The notes beneath the pieces are model-generated. The model was not told where the DNA came from and searched no databases. It worked only from the letters and a program-made list of their open reading frames with translations. Shown here in pieces: positions 1-6,854 of a stretch of DNA of 17,187 bases. How positions within the stretch are numbered: the first letter of the stretch is position 1; each line of letters starts with the position of its first letter. Source of the DNA: Coleofasciculus sp. B1-GNL1-01 (GTDB lineage: Bacteria > Cyanobacteriota > Cyanobacteriia > Cyanobacteriales > Coleofasciculaceae); the NCBI GenBank assembly GCA_040220235.1, contig JAVJTO010000107.1; one strand, 5' to 3'. A program made the position numbers and the translations under genes.

Positions 1-138
1 GGGGAAGCAATGATACATTTTCCCTGATAATGGTGCAAAGGTATGAAAGGGTTTTATCCTTTTTCTTTGAAGATGAGCCAATGTTCATGCTACTCAAAGC
101 TTTGGTAGCCAAGGGTTTCGGTCTTGTGCAGCAAGCCC
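1..138. mobile_element. End of a MITE/IS-like element extending beyond the left edge of the window
   Basis: 123-138 reads GGGCTTGCTGCACAAG on the minus strand, 15/16 identical to 17055-17070 (GGGCTTGCTGCATAAG); both directly follow TTA. No transposase visible. Confidence 0.5.
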
Positions 139-189
139 TAATTAACGTGAACGGTGAAGAACTCGCGAGAGCGAGAAGCAAGCTACGTC
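139..189 (-). repeat. Dispersed 51-nt repeat, inverted copy of 16990-17040
   Basis: Reverse complement aligns to 16990-17040 at 43/51 positions without gaps. Confidence 0.8.
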
Positions 190-234
190 CTTTGTAAGTG
201 TAAGGGTTTGATATCATGTCCGCCGAAATAACCC

Positions 235-765
235 TTAAAAATTAATGCGACGATAGATTTCAGACAGGGGAACTTCTATGTTTAAACTGTGCAAGACGAT
301 CACCTGCTCAAGGTTAGAGTACACTTGCCACAGCCAGCGATCATTACTGCTAGGCTCAAGATTATGATACTGCTCAATGTAGGGTTCAGCTTGGCTCACC
401 AGCAGATATTCACAAAAACTAGCAAGAGAACGATATTTTCTGAACTTTTCACCTCGATCATAGGCTTCCATAGAAAGCGATAGAACTTCGACAATCAGGA
501 AAGGATTGAGAATTTCATCATTGCGCTCACCATTGAATTCTGGGAAGCCATTAACCACCATCAAATCAGTATAAGTCCCACACTGATATTCAGGAATCCA
601 AACTCGCAAGTCGCTGTTATACAAACGAAAATCGGTATCTCTGAGCAAAAACCCCAAGTAAATTAATAAGTTGCTAGCGATCGCACTATGGGCTTCAGAA
701 CCTCCCGACATTGTAATAATCTCTCCGTTGCGGTATTCATGACGTTCCGGGTGGGTTTCTTCCAT
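235..765 (-). CDS. Uma2-family (DUF820, PD-(D/E)xK-like) putative endonuclease; 5' end interrupted by the IS, possibly a pseudogene
   Basis: Motifs RHEYRNGEIITMSGGS, YTDLMVV, LIVEVLS, DRGEKF, EYLLVSQ. The frame continues upstream as LDEYRA to the IS right end at 785 and resumes beyond 2571 as RRFIT. Confidence 0.85.
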   Translation of the reverse strand: MEETHPERHEYRNGEIITMSGGSEAHSAIASNLLIYLGFLLRDTDFRLYNSDLRVWIPEYQCGTYTDLMVVNGFPEFNGERNDEILNPFLIVEVLSLSMEAYDRGEKFRKYRSLASFCEYLLVSQAEPYIEQYHNLEPSSNDRWLWQVYSNLEQVIVLHSLNIEVPLSEIYRRINF

Positions 766-768
766 CGC

Positions 769-1000
769 CCGATACTCGTCTAGCTTGACACTCCCCCTTT
801 TAGAAAAAGGGGGATTCTGTAGAACTCACATTCCACATATCCTGAGAAAACAGTTCTAATTGTCTTCCCAGGTTCCCAGGCACACGACGTTTACCCTTGC
901 GGGTGTCGTGTTTTCTCCCTTTAGGCGCTGTTAATTCAGCGCTGGGCGTTTCAAACAGATTTAACTGCTTGGGTTTCGCCGAGTCCCGACGTACCTTTGT
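769..1000 (-). ncRNA. Predicted TnpB omegaRNA/reRNA overlapping the tnpB 3' end and right end, with about 16-nt guide from the flank (784-769); 5' boundary approximate
   Basis: Inferred from the established architecture of IS200/IS605 TnpB loci; right-end hairpin 792-814 and TCAA are visible. Scaffold not folded or aligned. Confidence 0.55.
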
Positions 1001-2281
1001 TGTTACTAATTTCAAGCCATATTCAATAACGGCTTTACGCTTGATGTTTCTTGCCGCTTGCTGATCAGCATGGTCAAAATGTCCACACCTGGTACAGATA
1101 AACCGCTCTCTGTCCCGGTTGGCTTTATCAATATGACCACAGGCGCTGCACTCGATGGATGTATTCCGTGGGTTCACTTTGAGCAAGACCTTTCTCGACT
1201 TCACAGCCGCATACTCAATCTTGTTGATTAACTCTCCCCATGAGGCATCCAAAATGGAACGGTTCAATCCCCGTTTGGCTGATTGACCATTAGCCAAAAA
1301 GCGTCCAGTTCCCTCATCTGGCTTAGGCTTGCACCGCCTCACCATTCCTTGAATATTAAGGTCTTCTACGACAATCGCGTCGGCTTTTTTGACCAGCTTG
1401 TTAGCGACCTGCCACTGATAAGCGCTTCTATGGTTGGCGATTTTACGGTGTAGCTTGGCTACTGACTCTGCCCTTTTTTTACGGTTAGTAGAGCCTTTTT
1501 TAGCCCGACTGACACGCCGTTGGCGAATCAAGAGAGTCCGCTTAGTCTTCTGATTAGTGGCAAACCTAGGGTTGGGGATGTCACTGCCATCAGAGCAATG
1601 CACCAGTTTAGTTAAACCCATATCTAACCCGATCGCCGTTTTAATCTCGGAAGTGGGGCGGGGCATGAGTTCCGGAATTGACTTGTTCTCTAGGCGTACC
1701 GAGATGAACCATCCATCGGTTTTACGGCGAACTGTAACACTTCTAACGGCAAACCCATCGGGAATAGGGCGGGAATTGAAAAAGCGCATCCAACCGATTT
1801 TCGGCAGATAGATATTGCTTCCTTTGATCTTAACCCGACCTGGCTTATATTCAAACGACCGGAAGTTGCTGCGGTTTTTGAATACCGGAAAACCCCGCCC
1901 ATCAAAGAAGTTTTTATAGGCAGTGTTTAACCGAGCGATATTACGCTGTAGAACATCCGAGTCGATTGACTTGTACCAAGGACGGGCAGCTTTTAGGTCT
2001 ACCAGTGCGGCATCCTGAATCGTGCCAGCATTTCGTTTTTTACCGCTATTTTGCCAAGGATTACCCGTGGCACCATTTTTAACGATGCAGCAGGTCAATG
2101 GGTAAGCTTCGGCTTTAGTTCTTAAGCTACAGTAAGCTCCCTGAATAAACTGCTGATGATAGGTTTCAATTCGGTCAGCCAAGCACCAGTTGTAGGTCGC
2201 TCTAAGCATATCAAGCCACGACTGCATCTTGGCAGACTGGCTACCAGATGGACGCAGTTTGTAGACATAGCTTAGCATCAT
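800..2281 (-). CDS. tnpB: RNA-guided endonuclease TnpB
   Basis: N-terminal YVYKLRP...RATYNWCL, RuvC-I AIGLDMGL, RuvC-II IVVEDLNI, zinc finger CSACG/CTRCG, RuvC-III HADQQAARNI. Start probably ATG 2281 or 2278 (track uses TTG 2290). Stop codon lies within the right-end hairpin. Confidence 0.93.
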   Translation of the reverse strand: MMLSYVYKLRPSGSQSAKMQSWLDMLRATYNWCLADRIETYHQQFIQGAYCSLRTKAEAYPLTCCIVKNGATGNPWQNSGKKRNAGTIQDAALVDLKAARPWYKSIDSDVLQRNIARLNTAYKNFFDGRGFPVFKNRSNFRSFEYKPGRVKIKGSNIYLPKIGWMRFFNSRPIPDGFAVRSVTVRRKTDGWFISVRLENKSIPELMPRPTSEIKTAIGLDMGLTKLVHCSDGSDIPNPRFATNQKTKRTLLIRQRRVSRAKKGSTNRKKRAESVAKLHRKIANHRSAYQWQVANKLVKKADAIVVEDLNIQGMVRRCKPKPDEGTGRFLANGQSAKRGLNRSILDASWGELINKIEYAAVKSRKVLLKVNPRNTSIECSACGHIDKANRDRERFICTRCGHFDHADQQAARNIKRKAVIEYGLKLVTTKVRRDSAKPKQLNLFETPSAELTAPKGRKHDTRKGKRRVPGNLGRQLELFSQDMWNVSSTESPFF

Positions 2282-2282
2282 G

Positions 2283-2314
2283 ACTAACAAAGTATTATTG
2301 TTAGTATACTAACA
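2283..2314. promoter_or_regulatory. Putative bidirectional promoter/operator between tnpB and the small ORF
   Basis: Perfect 16-bp palindrome TGTTAGTATACTAACA (2299-2314) containing TATACT on both strands; third ACTAACA copy at 2283-2289. Confidence 0.55.
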
Positions 2315-2328
2315 CCTAAATCTAGGAT

Positions 2329-2505
2329 ATGCCATTCCAAAAAAGGAATAAACTGGGAGCCAAAAAATTTCTGCCCAAACCGTTGGACAAGCAACCTATA
2401 TGCTTTAAAGGCTACGAAGGACAAAAAGCACAGCTTAAAACCGTCCCCAACTGGCAGGAACGGCTAAGGGAATATGTGGAGCAACTTATAGCTGAATGCG
2501 AATAA
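2329..2505 (+). CDS. 58-aa hypothetical protein inside the IS, possibly ribbon-helix-helix DNA-binding
   Basis: Hand translation MPFQKRNKLGAKKFLPKPLDKQPICFKGYEGQKAQLKTVPNWQERLREYVEQLIAECE*; fills the space between the tnpB start and the left-end hairpin; strand-helix-helix-like pattern. Not in the ORF track. Confidence 0.7.
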   Translation: MPFQKRNKLGAKKFLPKPLDKQPICFKGYEGQKAQLKTVPNWQERLREYVEQLIAECE

Positions 2506-2575
2506 ATTCGCCGTGTCGGACTTCATCCCCGATTTAAAAATGCGGGGCTTCCGTCCTCCCGTTCTCTATTTGTGA

Positions 2576-2710
2576 TAAATCGGCGTAAAGTTAACGGTGG
2601 AGATTAGGCAACAGGCAACAGGCAACAGGCAACAGTAAGGGTTTGAGGCTTGTTGACATTTCTTAGTAAAGTGAACAGAATTGTAAGTTCAGATACTTAC
2701 ACCCAGGCTA
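2576..2710. repeat. Repeat/MITE-like segment with 4 x GGCAACA
   Basis: GGCAACA tandem at about 2607-2634; 2587-2603 (AAAGTTAACGGTGGAGA) resembles the repeat core at 146-161 and 17019-17035. Right boundary uncertain. Confidence 0.5.
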
Positions 2711-3423
2711 AAGCCTTATCCCCTGATTCCCCTTGGCAAATTCTTTCAATATGTTAAAACTGAGAAGTTAAGGCGTAGTTGTAGAGGAATGCTCACTTGC
2801 CACTCCAATTCCCCAAAGGTTATGGAGGCTCTCTTAACGGACGCATTAAACTAGATAGGGACTGGTGATTCATCCCGCGCTGAATGAAAAACGACAGCCG
2901 AGGGAACCTATCGCCAGATTAGCTAGAAATGAGTCAGGGGTGCAATTTTCGCTCTTCAAGCGAAAAATCCGTGAAAATACGGTCTACGAAATAAGTACCC
3001 ATTCGGTAAAGTCAAAGTATCTGCATCTGTTATAGTGTTGCACTCGCCAACACCGTTAGCTGATTGAACCTTTGATCTGATCAAAGGAGGTTGATGAGAA
3101 CGCGATCGCTGTTTCGGCAACGAGCGCAGGAATAGTCACTCAAGGCTTCGGGCGCTCAATGCCTTGTACCTTTGAGCGAAATTACTAGGGGACGGATTCA
3201 GGCTTTGCCCAAACCGTTCTATTTACAGCTAAACGTTTCTCGAATTAACTCCCTTGAATTGTTTAGTCAACTATCATTGACTCGGCAAAATTTCCGGGTG
3301 AGGATTAGTTCGGAGGTGAACGGTTGCGCCAAGAGTCCCATAAAAAATAGGGAGGGAATTGACCTGTCAATTTTCTGGAATTCAGACGTAACCGAGTGGT
3401 TTTAGCTAAAGCAGGTGGATGTT

Positions 3424-3429
3424 TATAAT
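3424..3429 (+). promoter_or_regulatory. Candidate -10 element for the cellulose cluster
   Basis: Perfect TATAAT about 150 nt upstream of ATG 3581; no convincing -35. Confidence 0.25.
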
Positions 3430-3580
3430 CAAAAAGCGTCACTGGCTATCCTCCATTATCTATAAGACAAGATTCAACCTTCATTCAACCAAGGTTATAT
3501 GAATCGCCAAGGACTAATTCCTTTGCTAAAGTGGCGACAGGGTGCAGGGCAAACATCAATCGGTCAAACGAACTCCGGTA

Positions 3581-6500
3581 ATGAACTTAATAGTCCCTGA
3601 TTCTCAACGATTCGGCTTGCTTAAGCCGCTGCTATGGATTAATCTGCTTAGTATTGGATCACTTATCGTTTTCTGGACGCTAGGATTACTTGAAATTAAA
3701 CCCGCTCAGGCGACTCTACCTGACTCAGAAGTCGCCAATCGGCAAGATATTGGAGAAGAAAAACCGTCCGGTGATTTCCAATTATCTCTGAATCAAGCCG
3801 ATCGCTTGCATAAATCGACTTCTGAGCTAAACCAACATCCCGATCCAGCATCCGTCTCTGCCCAAAGGGTAGAGCATGTCTCAAGACGAGATACGGCTCT
3901 ATCAACAAGCCTGAATTCTAACCCTTCAGTCGTAGCCGTTGAACTCAATGCTATAGCGCCGAAAACTTATGAAACCCTTGACCAAACCGTTCCAGCGAGA
4001 CACGAGGAACGACAAAATAACGATGATAGTCCTGCCCCCATCGATAGGGCAAAAGATAGGGGAACAGGGAGAACAGAAGCGGTAGAAACTAGAGCGTATT
4101 CCAACCGTATTGCTTCCCCCATCCCCAATCCCCCGATTCAAGCCAGTCTATCAACTCAGTCGGGTTTATCAGAACTAGCTTTAAACTCTGCTCACCAACC
4201 CTTAACGATTCAGGAAGAACCTCTTACTCCTGAATTGTCCTCTAATCAGAATTGTCACGATTCAACCCCCTGTAACCAACCCCTCGCCATTGAAACCTCA
4301 ATCCAGTTTAGGGATACCTTCGATGTGAAGGTGGCGCAGATTCCAACTCTGTTACAAAATTCATCTCCCCTCCCTGTACCGACAAACTCTATTCCTCTGG
4401 GTTCTACGGGATCTAACTCAGGACAGCTTCCTGCCTTTCCCACTCTCATTTCACCAAATGTGCAACCCCAGGGCGTGAATCCCTACAGCCAAACTTGGGG
4501 ACAGCCCTCTTCCTTTACTCAAACGCCCAATACCATCCCCACGCCCGGTACTGGGGCGGCGATGAATCCCAACTCCTACACCCAAACCTGGGGACAGTCC
4601 CTTTCTGGAACCCAAACGCCTACTTTTATTCCGATGCCCAATGCTGGGGCGGCTATGGGTAACAATCCTTATAATCAAACGGGAGGACAACCCTCGTATT
4701 TTGTCCCCACGCCTAACGTTATTCCGATGCCCGGTGCTGGGACGGCTATGGGTAACAATCCTTATAATCAAACGGGAGGACAACCCTCTTATGTTGCCCC
4801 AACGCCTAACTTTATTCCCGTGGCAACTCAGGGCTTTCCTGGAGGAGTCAACCCTTACAATCCAGGAGGGGGACAAGTTCCTTATCTGCCTCAACCTGTC
4901 ATCTTAGTTCCTGTCCAAACTATGGGAATGCCTCTAGGAGGTAATCCCTACAACCCAGGGGGAGTACAAGCTCCTTATCTGCCTCAAACCTTTATCCTTG
5001 TGCCAGTACAACCCATGGGAGTCCCGATGGGGGCAAATCCTTATAACCCCGGAGGTGGGCAGTTTGCTTACATTCTCCAAACGCCCCAAGGCGGGTCAAT
5101 GCCACCCACTCAGACTCCAGTTGGGTTTAATCCCTATAATCCCGGTGCAGGACAGTTTTATTCCTTACCCCAAAATCAAGCCGTCCAACCCGTACCGATT
5201 AACCAAAATCCGCAAAATTTTAATGGCTATAACCCAGGTGTAGGACAGTTTTCCTATCTACCCCAAAATCAAGCACCCGTTAATCCCAATTCCCTAGGTT
5301 TCAACGGTTATAACCCAGGGGCAGGGCAATTTTATTCCTTACCCCAAAACCAAGCCCCTTTACCTGCACCTGTTAATTCCAATTCCCAAAGTTTCAACGG
5401 TTATAATCCGGCGACGGGACAGTTTTCCTATTTACCGCAAAATCAAGCTCCTTTACCTGCACCTGTTAACCCAAATTCCCCAAATTTTAATGGTTATAAC
5501 CCAGGTGTAGGACAGGTTTACGCCCAGCCGCAAACGCAAGCCGCATTACCTCCACGGGTTAATCCCAATGCCAACCCAGTGAATGGGACGAATTCAGTGG
5601 CACAGTCTCCTTTCGTGTCACCCAATCCAGGTGTTGTACCCGGTACTCCTAACCCAAACCTGCCCCCTCCAGTGGCGACTCCGGCTCAGGAGTTTGACCC
5701 AACCCAGCCCAATCAACCCTCCTCTTCCCTGCTCCGCAGTACAGCATTACGAGATCCCACCTTACAGTTCCAAGGAAGCTATGTGGTACAGGGTGACTCG
5801 TCTGTGGCGCGGGCGCGGTTAGCTGGCGTCTATCCTCTAACTCCTAAGGCGCTATTTGCTGCCACATTAGATTTAACCAGCGAAGATAGTGGCTTGGCAG
5901 ATTCTCCCAACCAAGGATTAAATATTAACGAACTCTATTTTGCTACCGCTCCGTTTACCGATTTGCCGAATTTGCGCTTTGTACTGGGTCAACTAGATTT
6001 AACGTCTTACTTTGATCGCAATAGCTTTGCTAAAGATGGCGTTACTCATTTCTTTAACCCCGTTTTTCAAACCAATCCAGCCTTAAGTGCCACCGGAATT
6101 TCGTCTCGTCCTGGCGTCTTGGTCAATTGGACATTAACTGACAATATTGAAGCCAAAGCTGTTGCCTTTTCATCATCGGGAAGTATCGGTGATTTTGCCT
6201 TAGATGGATTTGCTGGAGAAGTGGGTTTACGCTATGGCAATGGCATTATTCGCGGCACCTATGCCACCGATCGCGACGCGGGTTCAGATACAGGATTTAA
6301 CGAAATTTTCTCCATCGCTCGCGGGGACAATAATTTTGGACTGGAAGAGGATGATCGGGAAGAGGCGTATGGTCTCAATGCTGAATACTTTATCCCCGAT
6401 TGGAATATGGGCATCTTTGGTCGTTATGGTCGGTATATCAACCGAGAGATTGACGAAGCGGCGACGACCTATAGTTTTGGTGTTAGCTTTTTGGATGTAT

Positions 6501-6712
6501 TTACCCAAAATGATCGCCTAGGTTTAGGCTATGGTCAGGAATTATCAAATAATCAAGGAGAAGAAGATCCCGACGTTTTAGAACTGTTTTATGATTTCCG
6601 ATTCTTACCCAATCTCCGTCTAGGATTTACTATCCAGCAACGCAATAACTTCTCCGAAACCGATGTCGGTGTGCGATTGAAAACCGAATTTGATGTGATT
6701 CCTAGAGAGTGA
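3581..6712 (+). CDS. Secreted protein with long Pro/Gln/Asn/Gly repeat region and C-terminal outer-membrane beta-barrel (carbohydrate porin/OprB-like)
   Basis: Hydrophobic N-terminus ending PAQA; last ~320 aa has alternating amphipathic strands (ELYF, LRFVLGQLD, GIFGRYG, LGLGYG, LELFYDF, LRLGFTIQ, VGVRLKTEF) and a DLTSYFDRNSFA..THFFN..F..NP segment reminiscent of cyanobacterial OprB-type porins. Start ATG 3581 or GTG 3542. Confidence 0.7.
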   Translation: MNLIVPDSQRFGLLKPLLWINLLSIGSLIVFWTLGLLEIKPAQATLPDSEVANRQDIGEEKPSGDFQLSLNQADRLHKSTSELNQHPDPASVSAQRVEHVSRRDTALSTSLNSNPSVVAVELNAIAPKTYETLDQTVPARHEERQNNDDSPAPIDRAKDRGTGRTEAVETRAYSNRIASPIPNPPIQASLSTQSGLSELALNSAHQPLTIQEEPLTPELSSNQNCHDSTPCNQPLAIETSIQFRDTFDVKVAQIPTLLQNSSPLPVPTNSIPLGSTGSNSGQLPAFPTLISPNVQPQGVNPYSQTWGQPSSFTQTPNTIPTPGTGAAMNPNSYTQTWGQSLSGTQTPTFIPMPNAGAAMGNNPYNQTGGQPSYFVPTPNVIPMPGAGTAMGNNPYNQTGGQPSYVAPTPNFIPVATQGFPGGVNPYNPGGGQVPYLPQPVILVPVQTMGMPLGGNPYNPGGVQAPYLPQTFILVPVQPMGVPMGANPYNPGGGQFAYILQTPQGGSMPPTQTPVGFNPYNPGAGQFYSLPQNQAVQPVPINQNPQNFNGYNPGVGQFSYLPQNQAPVNPNSLGFNGYNPGAGQFYSLPQNQAPLPAPVNSNSQSFNGYNPATGQFSYLPQNQAPLPAPVNPNSPNFNGYNPGVGQVYAQPQTQAALPPRVNPNANPVNGTNSVAQSPFVSPNPGVVPGTPNPNLPPPVATPAQEFDPTQPNQPSSSLLRSTALRDPTLQFQGSYVVQGDSSVARARLAGVYPLTPKALFAATLDLTSEDSGLADSPNQGLNINELYFATAPFTDLPNLRFVLGQLDLTSYFDRNSFAKDGVTHFFNPVFQTNPALSATGISSRPGVLVNWTLTDNIEAKAVAFSSSGSIGDFALDGFAGEVGLRYGNGIIRGTYATDRDAGSDTGFNEIFSIARGDNNFGLEEDDREEAYGLNAEYFIPDWNMGIFGRYGRYINREIDEAATTYSFGVSFLDVFTQNDRLGLGYGQELSNNQGEEDPDVLELFYDFRFLPNLRLGFTIQQRNNFSETDVGVRLKTEFDVIPRE
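4471..5520 (+). repeat. Intragenic repeat array, 12 units with core N(P/G)YNxxxGQ
   Basis: Units of about 30 aa counted in the translation; near-identical 93-nt-period DNA copies starting at 4628/4721 and 5351/5444. Confidence 0.9.
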
Positions 6713-6727
6713 AGAGAGTAGGAGGAG

Positions 6728-6760
6728 TGATCAGTTATCAGTGATCAGTTATCAGTTATC
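6728..6760 (+). repeat. Heptamer tandem repeat T(G/T)ATCAG
   Basis: tgatcag ttatcag tgatcag ttatcag ttatc. Confidence 0.9.
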
Positions 6761-6791
6761 GGGAGGTGGGGAAGACGGGGAAAATGAGGCA

Positions 6792-6854
6792 AATGACGAA
6801 TGACAAATGACGAATGACGAATGACGAATGACAAATGACGAATGACAAATGACT
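6792..6854 (+). repeat. Heptamer tandem repeat AATGAC(G/A) x9; the last unit supplies the TPR gene start codon
   Basis: ATG every 7 nt from 6793 to 6849. Confidence 0.92.

Larger units (their letters stand above)
785..2571 (-). mobile_element. IS200/IS605-family element without tnpA (tnpB plus divergent small ORF)
   Basis: Right end on minus strand: GAAT-CCCCCTTTT-tct-AAAAGGGGG-AGTG-TCAA (817 to 785), the IS608-type GAAT/TCAA pair. Left end: TCAC|AAATAGAG...GAAG-CCCCGCATTTTTAAATCGGGG (2571 to 2527). Removing 785-2571 restores the Uma2 frame; no target duplication. Confidence 0.88.

Noticed and set aside
785..790. TTGACA as a -35 element
   Set aside because: It is the reverse complement of the IS right end; no -10 at the right spacing.
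800..2290. Cas12f / type V CRISPR effector
   Set aside because: No array or cas genes; IS200/IS605 ends flank the gene.
2572..2579. Alternative left boundary after TTTAT (would rebuild ATG-CTA-GAC)
   Set aside because: Also in frame, but the GAAG guide predicts TCxC and FITLDEY reads as a more natural Uma2 N-terminal segment; not fully excluded.
2653..2681. TTGACA-17-CAGAAT promoter
   Set aside because: The -10 lacks its first T, lies in repeat DNA and is about 900 nt from the next gene.
3172..3405. 77-aa ORF
   Set aside because: TTG start, no RBS, no recognisable motif.
2760..3580. c-di-GMP riboswitch upstream of the cluster
   Set aside because: Could not match the class I or II consensus by eye; GGCAAAC at 3548 lacks the downstream elements. 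Needs an Rfam scan.
4471..5520. CRISPR array
   Set aside because: Repeats are in-frame coding duplications with no unique spacers; the 7-/9-mer intergenic arrays likewise lack spacers.
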